From the NCBI RefSeq assembly GCF_036365525.1, contig NC_090413.1, positions 23,074,299 to 23,138,298 of the forward strand: 64,000 bases of DNA. Reading direction: 5' to 3'. Source of the stretch: Heterodontus francisci (Eukaryota). Below, piece after piece: positions 36,375 through 50,369 of the stretch. The notes under the pieces were generated by a model, which searched no databases, was not told the DNA's origin, and saw nothing but the letters and a program-made list of their open reading frames with translations. Every line of letters begins with the position of its first letter. Position 1 is the first letter of the stretch. Position numbers and translations under genes: made by a program.

Positions 36375-36952
36375 GTGGTTCTCAAAGTTTCTCGGCCGTG
36401 GACCACTTAGGTGGGGCAAAAGACCCTGAGGACCACCTACTGGTCCTACCCACCCACTTTTTGCTTGCCACTGCAAAATAAAACTAGATATTTTGCTGCT
36501 ATTTCGCTACTAAATGAAAACAAATGCACATAAATTTATTAATTAAATAACTTAAGTAATTCATACCAGAAACAAAAATATATACATTTTCATATTACAA
36601 GCATTAATACTACAAGAGATCACTTTTATTTGAAACATTCGAATATGTGATGTGAAACCATCACAATAATCTTCTGAGAAACTAATCTTACATCTATATT
36701 AATCAAAATCAACAGTAACATAAATCTTGCTTATAAAACCAAATAGTTGTTGCTCGCACTTAAGACAACTCATACCGTGCACGCAGGAGCTGGGCTGCTT
36801 GTGTGACATCATGCGAGTGGTAGAGATGAGGGTTCTGGCCTGTTCTCTCGTATGGCCAAGGCCATAACGTTGCATGCCAGTGACTTTCAATTTGGACCAG
36901 CCCGCAGACCACGTGGAGGGCCCTCATGGACCACCACACTTGGAAAACCAAC
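36375..36952. mobile_element. hAT-like MITE
   Basis: Degenerate TIRs ggtggttctcaaagt / acttggaaaaccaac, subterminal GGACCAC repeats, AT-rich core. Confidence 0.55.
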
Positions 36953-38763
36953 ACTCCAGGAGAGGAGGGGTATTAAGGAAGTTAGTGTCAAAAAATAAAT
37001 GCCCCACTATCGTACCTTCTTACAGTTTAACATAGCAGTACAGCAACTTAGTTTATAGAGCATTTCTTGTTTTTATTTTAGTTTATAGAGTCTTGTATAC
37101 AGATGCTCGTAGCCCAGAGATGTTTTTTAATTATCCTGCATAAAGCTGAAATAATATCGGTGATTAGATCAGTAATTTCCTGCGCTTCGATGCATGGGCG
37201 TTTCTCTCCTGTGAAGGCTTTCCATTGTTGACTGCGCATTTGCTAACGTCACAAGGTTTTGCATTTCCCTTGTGCTTTAATTGGTTGATTGGCTCTAGTT
37301 AAAAACAATGGATCTTTTGATGTCAGCAAGTGCCATCAACTCACCACAGCTGAATGTGTTATCAGATGCAGGAGGGTTTCATCAATGCTCAGGCCAAATC
37401 TTAATCTTCAAATGGCCCCACCAATATAATTTTGTCTGAAAACCAGCTGCCCTCTAATCCCACTGGTAAATTATCTGCTTTTAAAAATGAACGATTTTCA
37501 TTTGAACTCTTCTTAAACAAGTGACTTTGAAGGGTAGTTTTTTTTTAAAGTTAGCGTTGATGCAACTAATTTAATGTTTTAAACCAGGAGTGTCCGAATT
37601 GTGGCCCGTGGACCATGTGAAGTCTTTCAGTGAAAGGCCGACCCTCTATATACCATTATCAAGCTCTAATGACTTTTCATGTCATTCAAAGTAACTTCTG
37701 TACCTCGCGCTTCTGTTAAGCAGTTTGGGATGTTTTTCTGCATTAAAAGCACCGTATAAATGGTGTTAATCACCATGTTGTAACTTTCATCGGTGGCTTT
37801 TATGATTTCCTGATTTTACTTTAATGTAAACCTTATTTTAAAAATACTGTCCCTTGTCAAAAAATGAGTGGCTTGTAAAATGGCCTGGTCTGAAATATGA
37901 GGCTGCCTATCTCTGGGAATTTCTCTGTTTGGCACTGGATGACACAGTGGTGATGCACGGATAGAGACAGTGCTCTGCCGTTGCCTAGACTCACTTCGAG
38001 GCCAGCACATTTGTGCCCCCAGAACTTTTTATCCAAGGTTGTAGACTGGCAGCAGGTTACACTACAAATCTTACATATGCAGAATCACAGGATTTATAGT
38101 AGATATTGTGCCAAATTGCATACCAAAGACTTGGATTCATGCTGTTGATTTCTTTTCCCTTCACTTACAGCATTACTTAAGTGTGCTGTGGTGGGGAGAT
38201 GCATTCCCTGTTGGCGTTGGAGTCACCCTGCTCACTCTCCTGTGCCAACTAGTAACCTGTTTCAAGTGTTGCATTGATCTTAGCTGGAGAGTGCATCATC
38301 TGCCCTCCATACAATGGCTGTTAAGAAAATATATTTTTTAAAAGGTTGCCTTCCCTTCAGAAAATCACTTTCTACTGATGAAAATGTGTTGGCGGGGTGG
38401 GGGGCAAATGGTACTTTGAAATGTAATCCTGCATAATTCTAGATCGTACTAGATTATTTTAAGATTGCTATAGTTCTGCTGTCACTGAATGACAAGACTG
38501 TTGCAGTGCTGTGATGTGAGGATTTGGTAGCTTTTAGTAGGAATGCCTTGGTGATTCTCCCCTTGAGAGAGGTGCCTTGCTTCTGCTGTCTCCACTTTCC
38601 CAAGGTAGTGCAATGTCGATTGGGAACACAGAATGTGAATATTTTAAGTCTATCTTCTAGCTGTTCCAAGATGCTGTAACAACTGTGGCATGTTGTTAAG
38701 TGTTTGGGCATAGCTTGCCAAACCTAGACTTATACCAAATATATTTCCTATACTGATTCTTAA

Positions 38764-38889
<126 letters not shown>

Positions 38890-39339
38890 TAAGATAAATT
38901 TTAAGTGCCAGTGTTTCCAGTGTTCAGATGTTTTTGTTTCTGTTATTCATCTAACATTTTTGTGATTGAAAATAAAACGATTTGATGTCCTGAACCCATT
39001 TGGTATCAAATTGTGCTGTGTGGTAATAATACATGACTGTGTTCATGTCTCACCCAAGGTGTTTATCTGAAATTATTTAATAGCTTCCTTATTTTGCACA
39101 GTGAGATGACCTATGAACACAAATAACTGCTTCTATTGCGCAATCCAATTTCAGCCCATTTAAAATTGAATATCAGCAGTGGTATTTTTGTTGACTGCTA
39201 ACGTTTTTATCAGTGTACGTTGTACAGTATTAGTAAGAGAGCTCAGGATTGCTTATTGTGAATGGATTTGACATAAAGGGCACTTGGCATGTACTTGGAA
39301 ATTTGGCAAAGATTAACCACAGTGATTTTTTTTTTTAAA

Positions 39340-39592
39340 CCTGCATTTATAATCATATTTTTAATGACTTCGGGATGCTCCCAAGTGCTTTATAGTCAAC
39401 ATAGTAGTTTTGAAGCATAGTCACTGCTGTAGGAAATGTAGCATCCAATTTGCACACAGCAAGATCCCACAAGCAGCAGTGAGATAAATGACCAGATAAT
39501 CACTTTTTAGTGACATTGATTGAGGGATAAATATCAGCCCTTGGGCGATGGGAAGAACTCTCCTCTTTTTCGAAATAGTGCCAATGGCATAT
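39340..39592 (-). mobile_element. SacSINE1-like SINE 3' half
   Basis: Reverse complement of the 22480-22725 segment. Confidence 0.8.
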
Positions 39593-40499
39593 GTTCTCAA
39601 ACTGTGGAACACTGAGGGCTCTTTGAAGAATTCTCGAAGAATATCTGTTTGGTCCCTGGTGTATCACATCGTACTAGCAGTGTCTCAAGCATTCATGATT
39701 TGTATCTGTTCACCTACAATTGTTTATTTTTCTTGCTGTTTGACCAACTTTTGAAAATGTTATCAGCAGGAAATCAAGATAATGGATAAACCACAATTTG
39801 ATTTTTATTTTCCGGTGTTGCTGGGGTATGATATTTGCAAGGTGTCTTTGACAGTGTGTATGTAATTGTAGGGTGTCTCTGGGAGTGTGCTTCTCCAAAG
39901 AAGAGTTTAAAAACTTGTAACTTGGAGGCGAAGATCTTGTGAAAGGTTTTGCTATAAAATTGACCTCGGGAGCTCTGGCTTGGGGAGGGGAAATCCACCA
40001 GCCATGACTCTGTCTGTCGATCACCATCCACTAACCCCACTGAAAGTGTGGGGGTAATGATGTCTGGGTTGTTTATCTGTGATATTCTTAATAGCTGAAT
40101 AGCCTGTTGAAATTCATTGGCCTTGCACATGAGATTTGATTGAGTTATAAGGGGGCATACGAACTCTATAGAACCTGTACCAGCAACATGCAGCGCCTAG
40201 ATTTGGAGGAATGGGATTAAGAGGAAGAGAAGGAAAATGAACTTTTTAGTTTTTAAAAAAAAAAGTTCCCAATGCGATTCCTGTATTGCTACCATTTTCC
40301 CTCCTTTTCCTTATTTCAACCCCCCCCAAAATAAATGGCCTTTTCTTGCTCGTCTTTACAGGGGAAAATGTGAGCAACATTTAAAATGTAAGAACAAGGA
40401 GAAATATCCTTAAAATTACAGCCAGGTTGTTCAGGGATAATGTCAGGGTACACACAAAGGGTTTTGGAAATCTGGAGCCCCCTCTCTTTCCCCCCACCC

Positions 40500-40692
40500 C
40501 CCCTCCCAAATAAAAAGCTGGGGGTCAATTGAAAATTTCAAAACTGAGTTAGATAGATTTTTGTTAGAGCTAGGGTGTTGAGGGATATGGAACCAGGGCA
40601 GGCAGATGGAGTTGAGATACAGATTAGCCATGATCTACTTGAATGGAGGAACAGGCCCAAGAAGCTGATGGCCTGCTCCCTGTTCCTATGAT
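40500..40692 (+). mobile_element. CR1 3' UTR fragment
   Basis: ttcaaaactgagttagatagatttttg...gattagccatgatctacttgaatggaggaacaggc...ctgttcctatg. Confidence 0.8.
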
Positions 40693-40934
40693 CCTCACAG
40701 CGAATCGAGTTCTTGCAATTCTTTGAATGTAACCTCTACTGAACTGTTGTGTGTCAAGGTCGGGGCACTGGTAGGTCAGCCATCTGGGGCAAAGAATGTG
40801 TGTAACCTTGATACAGTGTTGCATGACAGAATAATAACGGTTTACTGAGTCAGACAGTAACTTTCTGGCTGTGAGTTTATTGGCTACTCCGCCGTTGGTT
40901 ATAATGAGTTGGTGTTAGTATAGTGGTGAGTTAT

Positions 40935-41400
40935 CAGATGTTTCAGCCAATGAAATACGACTTGAGGATGAGCGGGAATTATGAAACTGGCTATCTTTTT
41001 TTTAAAAAAAATCACATAATTAATTTTGTTTCCCTCCAAAAGAGCTGCCTGCTTAACCCAGGTCAAGGGGAGGGTCACTGCTGTTGTAAACAGGCGATTG
41101 GCCAATTCCAAAAATTTGCCTTTAGAGGTCTTGGCCAATTAGCTGGTGACGAGCGGTAATTTTGAAAACTGCTATTTTAAAAGTTAAACATTACATTTTT
41201 CCCTCCAAAAGTGGCGCTTGCTTGACTCTGGTCAAGGGGAGGGTCTGGAGAACTCAAGACTGCTGGTGTAAAAAGCCAATTGGCTAATTCCAATCATATA
41301 TGTCATCAGAAGACTTGACCATTGAAATATAAGATGGCAACAAGCGGGAATTATGAAACTGCTATTTTAAAATTGTCTAAAATTACATTTTTCCCTCCGA
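40935..41400. repeat. Diverged tandem repeat, ~185-bp unit, ~2.4 copies
   Basis: gcgg(g/t)aatt(a/t)tgaaact recurs at ~40970, 41151 and 41342; each is followed by tttccctcc; ggtcaaggggagggtc occurs in the two full units. Confidence 0.85.
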
Positions 41401-41499
41401 GATGCCTCCAGATCCTACTCAGGCCTGTTCCCATGTCCTGCCATTATCTCCTGCTGCAAGGTAGAGAATAGTTGCATGTGGGTGAATGCCTCTGGTATT

Positions 41500-42815
41500 G
41501 TAGTCCTTCCGCCCTCTGAGATCTCTGAGTTCCTCCAATTCTGGCATCCTAAACATCTCCAATTTTCATTCCTCCACCATTGGAAGCTGTGCCTTCAGCT
41601 GCCAAGGCCCTAAGCACTGAAACCCCTCCTTAAACCTTGTTGCCTTCCTGCGTCTCTCCTCCTTTGATGCTCCTTTAATACCAAGCTTTTGGTCAACTGT
41701 CCTATTGTCTCCTTATGGAAACCACATTATATCTGCATGCCTTGGTCCAATTATCCCATAACTCCTGAAGACAACACTCAGTTTTGACTCTGTGTATGAA
41801 CGTAGGATTTAGGAGCAAGAATAGATCATTCGGCCCTTCGAGCCTGCTCCACCATTAGATAAGATCATGGCTGATTCGGTTGTGGTCTCATCTGCACTTT
41901 CCTGTTTGCCCCCATCACCCTTGACTCCCTTATCTATCAAAAATCTAACTCTGCCTTGAATAAATTCAGTGGCCCAGCCTCCACTGCTTTCTGGGGAAGA
42001 GAATTTCACAGACTAAACGACCCTTTTGAGAAAACAAAATTCTCCTCATCTCTGTCTTAAAAAGGAGACCTCTTATTCTTAAACTGTGTCCCCGAGTTCC
42101 AGTCTTCCCCCACAAGAGGAAACATCCTCCCGGTATCCACTCTATCCAGTCCTCTCGGGCTCCATATGTTTAAATAAGATCCTGAGGGGACTTGAATGAG
42201 TGGACAGCATAGACGGATGCCATTCGGCCCATTGTGCCTGTGCTGGCTCTTGGAAAGAGCTATCAATTAGTCCCACTCCCCTGCTCTGTGCCCATAGCTG
42301 CAAATCATTTCCTTTGCAAGTATTTATCCAAATCCCTTTTGAAAGTTACTATTGCATCTGCTTCCACTGCCCTTTCAAGCAGCATATTCCAGGTCACAAC
42401 AACTTGCTGTGTAAAATAATTTCTCCTTAACTTCCCCCCCCCCACCCCCAGCCCGGTTCTTTTGCCTATTACCTTAAATCTGTGTCCTCTGGTTACCTAC
42501 CCTCCTGTCACTGGAAACAATTTCTCCTTATTTGCTCCATCGAAGTCCCTTCATTATTTTGAACACCTGTATCAAACCTTCCCTTAACCTTCTCTGCCCT
42601 AAGGAGAACAATCCCAGCTTCTCCAGTTTCTCCACATAACTGAAGTCCCCTCATCCCTGGGACCATTCTAGTAAATCTCCTCTACACCCTCTCAAAGGCC
42701 TTGATGAGCATATTGACTTCAGACTGAGTCAGTGTCAAATTTTGTTCAATAAAATGCTCCAGTGAAGTGCCTTGGGATATTTTACTATGTTAAAAGTGCT
42801 ATATAAATGTAAGTG
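41500..42815. mobile_element. L2-type 3' fragment (plus) split by two minus-strand CR1 3' fragments (~41795-42185, ~42205-42705)
   Basis: L2 tail stops at ...tctccttatg (~41716) and resumes at ...cagtgtcaaattttgtt...gtgctatataaatgtaagt (~42730-42814). Confidence 0.75.
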
Positions 42816-44603
42816 CTAATCAGCACCGATCCACCACTGTATAAATGTTTGGAATCTGACGGTTCAATTGATAAATTCACTAGCTGGTATTTTACTCACA
42901 GTATAAACTAGCAGGGGTTCCTTGCTCAATCCCCGATCTATGGCAAGTTAGCTAATCTCAGCTGGGATGATGCTAAGGGGCAAACAATTTGCCTCAACAG
43001 TCCTTGACTACAGATGAAAACAGTCCATGAAGATTTAACTTCTTGATTAGTCCAATATGGAAGCTTCCAAACTTACACAGCTCATGGTTGCATGGTGCGC
43101 CAGTGCTGATTGCTTGCTGCTCCTTTTACATTACATGGGATATAGAGCACAGAAACAGACCATTTGGCCCAACCAGTCCATGCTGCCGTTAATGCTCCAC
43201 TCAAGCTTCATCCCATCTTTCCTCATCCAACTCTATCAGCATAACCCTCTATGCCCTTCTCCCTCACAGGATTATCTAGCCTCCCCTTAAATATTTGCTT
43301 CAACCACTCCTTGTGGTACAGCAAATTCCACTTTCCCACCACTCTCTTGGTAAAGAAGTTTCTTCTGAATTCCCTATTTGGTTTCTTGGTGACTATCTTA
43401 TATTGATGGCCTCTAGTTTTGCTGTTCCCCTTTTTCTTCGCATCAACAAGAGGTGGGATGGTGGCAGAGATCTGAGTGGGGTGTCTCCAGGTCCTGCTCT
43501 TGACCTAGGGTATGGAGACAGCTCATGGAAACCTTTGAGGGAAAAATGTAATTAATTTTAAATAGCAGTTTCATCATTCCTGCTCATTGCCAGCTCGTAA
43601 ACTGCAGTTGAAGACAATATCAGGCTTGACTGTGATGTCCTGCAAGGTTCAAAAGTCAATTTTTGACCAATGTTCTAATAGCCATTTGATACTAGTGGGT
43701 TGTTGGTGTAGATGAAACCGTGCATCTGCAGGAGTAGATGCCTTTAAGACAGGAGGAGAAAAAAATGGAAGATTTATTTTAATAGACTAGTTGCTGTCCT
43801 GTGGCATTTCATACAGAGTCAAGACAGAGCGTTGTCTTCAGGAGTTATGGGATTATTGGACCAAGGCATGCAGATATAATTTGGCCCCCATGTTCAAGTC
43901 ATATTATGGGCTCTGCTGAAAATGCCCTGCAAGGCAATCAGATAACCTGTCAATAAACAAATCTAGGCCTACAACAGAGGATGTCTGGGCCTGTATAGCT
44001 GTAGTCCAACAGGAGAGATCAGCTTTGAGAATGAACATATTGAGCAAATTGTCAAAAAAACACCTTGCATTGCACCAGTATGGCCAATTAAAAGGAAAAA
44101 AATCCTAATTATTCTTTGAGAAATTGACACGTGATGCTGGATTAGGAACTGAATTGAGACTATCCAAACTCGCTTCACGTAGGATTCTTTTGGTCAGCAG
44201 GCAGAGGAAAATATTCAACCCTTCAGTCTGGGATGGATTTCAACCCAAGTCCTAGAAGTGTTAACCCAGTGTGTAACTTGCAACAGCCCAAATCTTCTCA
44301 TCTCTCCTCCCCTCCTCAGATGTGTTCTCAAACTTGTAAACGGCTTGCATCCACTGTAGTGTAGCTGAACTGCTTTTGCTCACCTTTTGACCATGCAGTA
44401 GCTGACTCAGATGGTGAGGGGGAAGAAGAGAAGGATACCCTTGTATGTTTGCACACACGTGTATGTGTTCGTACGTATAATAATTGGATTTCCTCTGCTG
44501 TAAACCTGCAGACATTTGTGGGAAGCTGCCTCCATGTAGACAGGTTGATGCATGCTCATAGTTTGTTATCTCTTCCTCCTGTTCCTTTTTGTCTTGATCG
44601 TGA

Positions 44604-44765
<162 letters not shown>

Positions 44766-44839
44766 TAGCATTTCATCTCTCCCTTTTTTGGTCTCAATTA
44801 CCAACAGCTGTTCTTTTATTTATAGATTTAAGTTAAGTC

Positions 44840-45085
44840 CCAAGTTCAGTGATCATTCTGCTAGTGGAAGGGGCTCTGCAGTGGGGCTCAGCACCCCCTG
44901 GTAGAGGCATGGTGCTGCTGGAGGGAGGAAACAGCAAGAGTTCCTGCTCCTGATCACTGGTCCTCCCTGTTAGAGAGCCATGTTGGGAGAGGACAGGATC
45001 AGGTTCAGCCGCAGCGTGGCTGTTGAATTATTGACCAGAATTCAACTCTCTCGGCTTACACATGAGGCATGGCCATCTAGGAGAG
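44840..45085 (+). mobile_element. LF-SINE-like fragment
   Basis: ctcagcaccccctgg...gttcctgctcctgatcac...gaggacaggatcaggttcagc...ggcttacacatgaggcatggccatctagg. Confidence 0.55.
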
Positions 45086-45451
45086 AGATCACAGGCCAGC
45101 TGCCTTCTGCCACACCATACACGTGCACATGTCAATGCCTTTAGGAAAGTAATAGCAGGTGGGGTGGGGAGGGGGTGGAAGGCAACAAACAATATAGCAG
45201 TTAAACTCATATGTGGTTTCCAGGAGAGACGGGAGGCTGAATGATACTGACAGACGACGGAGAGTAGGTGATTTATTTGCCCTTGTGATGTTGTATGATG
45301 CAGAAAAAGATGAAAGGAATGTTGAAAAGGAGCGGGAGGAGAGCCATAAATACCGACTTTAGTTTTGAAAATAGAACGGGAATTATAGATATTACAATAA
45401 TGTAAATTGATTTCGACAGATTGCTGCACAGAGCTCCCTGGTGGCCAGCAC

Positions 45452-45860
45452 CTTTTTTTTTTATTCTTTCATGGGATGTGGGCATTGCTGGCAAGGCCAG
45501 CATTTGTTGCCCATCCCTAATTGCCTTTGACAACTGAGTGGCTTGCTAGGCCATTTCAGAGGGCAGTTAAGAGCCAGCCACACTGCTGTGGGTCTGGAGT
45601 CACGTGGATCACACCAGGTAAGGACGGCAGATTTCCTTCCCTAAGGGACATTAGTGAACCAGATGGATTTTTACAACAATCGATGATAGTTTCATGGCGC
45701 CATTACTGAGACTAGCTTTCAATCCCAGGTTTTTATTAATTAATTGAATTTAAACTCCACCAGTTGCTGTGGAGGGATTTGAACCCATGTCCCCATGGCA
45801 TTAGCCTGGGCCTCTGAATTACTAGTTCAGTGACATTACCACTACGTCACTGTCTTCCCC
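45452..45860 (-). mobile_element. Full-length tRNA-derived SINE (possibly MetaSINE-type core) sharing its 3' tail with the 35412-36140 LINE
   Basis: Minus strand A-box-like TGACGTAGTGG, B-box GGTTCAAATCC, core catctggttcactaatgtcccttagggaaggaaatctgccgtccttacc, tail ttagggatgggcaacaaatgctggcc...cccacatccc + A-rich end. Confidence 0.8.
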
Positions 45861-46411
45861 CTACTTGCACTGCCATTAATAACATCATAAAATGATACGG
45901 CAAGAGAAGGAAGCCATTTGGCTCATCGTGCCTGTGCTGTCTCTTTGAAAGAGCTATCCAATTAGTCCCACTCCATTTGCTCGTTCCCTTTGGCCCTGCA
46001 CATTTTCTCCCATCGATGTGACAGTTGATGCAGCACTCAATGGGAAATGTTGACATAGCAATTTACAGTAGTAAATGTGAGCACACTATACATTTTACAG
46101 TAACAAGCCAGATTTGATGTGAGGTATTGAATTTCCTTTAACTTTATTTACCATCTGTACTGTACAATAATCTCTCCTTTTAATTAAAAATATTTTCTGT
46201 CACCTTTCTGCTCAGTGATGTCGAAGGTGGAGATTTACTGGCAGCTCCGATCCTTGCTAGCGCAGACCCGTGGCAAGGCAACAGTGAAAGGGAGATGCCA
46301 TATCTAGCTGCAGTCCTGGAAGTCTCTGCAGGGCTTTTTGATGATAAAGTTTTGTTTTATAATCTTGGCTTTGGTGCCCTCCAAAACATTGTATTCCTTC
46401 CTCTTTTAAAG

Positions 46412-46507
46412 ATAAAATCGTACCCAAGAACAATTGCAACCTCAGTCAGAGCAAAGGACGATAGAAGAAAGCACAAAAGAGAAGAAGTTAAGGAAAGGAA
46501 GAAAAAA
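46412..46507 (+). CDS. KRI1: KRI1 exon 11
   Basis: aaAG|IKSYPRTIATSVRAKDDRRKHKREEVKERKKK|GTAAGT. Confidence 0.95.
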
Positions 46508-46942
46508 GTAAGTGTGTTTTTCAATTATTTTCAGTTGATTTAAAATCATCATTAAGGCTGAATGGTGCCAGTGTAAGGGTTTGAAATATTTCTCCACAGA
46601 TTACCTACAGATTGCATTGAACATACTTCCTCCAGTTGGAATCCAATTTATGGGCAGTGCATATTAACCTAGCAATAGTATTGACCACACCCAATGTATA
46701 AAGCTCAGCCCTCCACTCCCATTCCCACTGGATATACAGTGGACTAGCACTTTGCACCACAGAGGGGAAACATTTCTGTGGCCACAGTTCTGCATGTGGA
46801 GAGTTCTTTGGTTATGCTGTGCCTGGGAAATCACCGTATCATCCAAGCATCTCCTGTGCGTAGAAGAAAATTACAGAGTGCTGGTCAGCCTAGTAACGAT
46901 CCATTAACAAACTTATTATTTTTGTTTTAATGGTTTCTTTAG

Positions 46943-47191
<249 letters not shown>

Positions 47192-47223
47192 TGATCATTT
47201 TCTTTTAATTCTTCCCCCTGCAG

Positions 47224-47299
47224 CAATTCTTCAATGATGACTATTATGGAGTGGGAGATGAACAGAAACCACAGTTTAACAACGAGGAGGAATTTGATG
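47224..47299 (+). CDS. KRI1: KRI1 exon 13
   Basis: tgcAG|QFFNDDYYGVGDEQKPQFNNEEEFD|GTAACT, phase 1; preceded by a 110-nt intron. Confidence 0.92.
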
Positions 47300-48392
47300 G
47301 TAACTTATCAACTTTTGGAAATTTAATAGAAAGATGTAAATTAAGTACAGCCACACTAACATCCTTGCGTCACCAAGCTCTCGAAAATCCTGGGGTGGAC
47401 CACTTGTTCACAATGCCACCCAATTAAAATGTATTACCAGTGGATTCACCATGACTGATGGCTGGTCTTGGATCTGGGGCATGGTTGTCATACTAAGTTG
47501 CTAGCCAGTTACTAAATTGTTGAGAAAATGCCAATTTTGAATGTTTAGTTGGAAGTAAGTTAAATGATTGAGCGATTTGGAAATGCAATGACAATGTGCT
47601 CTGTTTGCCTGGACTCTGGTTCTCAATCCTCAGCTTTGTTCGAAAACCATGTTTTCTCCCCTTCCCTGCTGAGCAACTCCTCATAACATGATGCACTCCC
47701 CGGTATGAGCAATGTAATTTTTTTTTTAATTGAATTTTGTGTGCGTGTAAAGGATATAAATGTCAAGTCATCAAAAGTTTAATCATAATTAAGTTTTACT
47801 TTTAAAATAGCACTTTACACAACATTTTATCTTGTCTTGACTGCATTCTTGCACTTCTGCCCATTACTACAGCGAGTGTTTTCATTTGTGATATCTGACT
47901 GAGGAGTGCTAGTATTGTGATTACTGTAACACTCCCAACGCACTGTGACATAGGGGTGGCAGGACCCCACAGATGGGACATTCCCATGCACCTTTCAACA
48001 TATGTTATAGTGAGAGGCTGTGCCACACAGGCAAGGGATTCCCAGAATTGGCCTCTGCTCTGTTCCAAGTTCAGCTGATTTCAAGTTGGATGGCAACGAG
48101 ACACTACAGTAACTTTCAGCAAATGTTCCCACTCCTGGTTACTGTCAAGCGTCTTCTACTGAAAAAAAAATGTGTGCATGTGGACATTGAATGAAGACAC
48201 TATAGGGCTTGAATGTAATGCTCATAATGGCCAAAAAATTGGCAAGTCCCAAGAGACAGTCTCTAACCAATGTCATTGACAAAAGAGGGTGTGTAAGATG
48301 AGACTTTAGTAATGAAAACAAAGAATGCATTATTGGTAATTATTTTGAAAAAAAAATCATTTAATTGTCATTCTTATTTGCTTTCACACCAG

Positions 48393-48508
48393 ATGAGTGG
48401 AATTGGGACATGTGGACAGGAAAGGAAGATGGCTGCACTGAGGGAGAGGGAGAAGAACAGTGGCAGCAAGAGAATTTTGAGCCACACTGTGAGGATCCAG
48501 AATTTATT
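48393..48508 (+). CDS. KRI1: KRI1 exon 14
   Basis: accAG|DEWNWDMWTGKEDGCTEGEGEEQWQQENFEPHCEDPEFI|GTAAGC. Confidence 0.94.
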
Positions 48509-49124
48509 GTAAGCTGCACTTTGTTTAGATTCCTACATAGTGAATTAACGTTGCTACAAAATTGAATTTGTTCTGTAGGAATTCCCGCTCTATGATTTTC
48601 TTCAAGGGTTTTCTCAATTATTTTTCTCCCAAAGACTATAGGTTAGAAATCCCAATTGTAATTCATGTACAAATACTTGGCATCATATTGCATTCCTGTG
48701 TGCACTATTGTTAACCCATTTAAAATAACTCTCTTGAACTTGAATTGGAATTTGTCTACTTGCAAGTCTGTAAGTTTTTGTGCTACTCAGAAAGATGCTT
48801 GTCACAATGATTTTAGCTGATGGGCAGCTAAGGGAATGTTCATTACTTTTAATCCTGTTTTCTCCCCTCCTCTCCTGAAGGTGCTGGGTTGATGCCCCAC
48901 TCCTGATTGCACTTGTTATCTGGGTTTACTCATGAAGAATGAGATACCAGAGAACAGCCATTGCCTGTGAAATCATGCAGAGTTTGAATCGGTGCCTTTG
49001 GGGGAGAGGAATGGAAAACCTTGGGAGAGGAGGTGCTGCAGCGTGTCCTTGTGATTTTTCTCCAGTACTGTCGCTCTGCACTCTGACCGTAGCATAAGTA
49101 CTGAAAGATTGATATTTCTTTTAA

Positions 49125-49358
<234 letters not shown>

Positions 49359-50180
49359 TGAATCCAGTATCAACTGGGGAAAGGCTACAGCATAAAATTA
49401 CTCCTTGTAAATATCAGACCCATCAAGGAATTCACAGGATAGTTTATGTGGGTAATGTTACACTGATACCATAGGGGGTTGTTGGTGTAGCATGGGATAG
49501 AACAAAGGGAGATTTATCCTGTCTCTGGCTGTGCTGTACCTCACCTGGAAGAGCTCAATGCTGACTTGAGTGTCTGAAATGTAAAATGTTCCATTTCTCA
49601 GCTCTCCAGTCCCACATCTGATGTGAGGACAACAGCAAAAAATAGTTTAATCCAAGATTTACATAGTTGAACAAATGCCACACCACGCTAAGAGCTAGGC
49701 TGATGCTTGGTTCCCCTACTCCACTCATATATTTGTATCTTATTTCTTTGTTTCATATCAACACTTCTCCTGCAAGCTTTATATTTCTTTGTAGTGTCAC
49801 GTAATTTGGTGCTGATTTCTTTTTCTCTTTTCAGAGCGGTGAGAATGTGGAACTTAGTGCCATGTAGAATGGTTGAACCAGATAGATTTGATGCATTTAA
49901 GAGGAGGTTTGATGCATACGTGAGGGAAAATGGAGTAGAGAGATGCAGGACATGGTAGAAAGAGGTGATCAGAGTGGGAGGAGTCTCATGCACAGCATAA
50001 ACACCGGGACTGATCTTTTGGGCTCAACTATATAATTTTTTTTTTTAAACTTGTGCTCTGCTTCACATGACCAATCCAGTTGGAAGGGAGTGGATGTGCT
50101 GTGAATTTTCACTTAATTCATTTTAAAAGTATTTTTGGTGACAGGCCACCTTAAGCCTTTACCAGGTTGAATGCTTTTGA

Positions 50181-50369
<189 letters not shown>

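Noticed and set aside
40935-41400. CRISPR-like repeat-spacer array
   Set aside because: Eukaryotic intron, few long diverged units with homologous spacers, and no cas genes.
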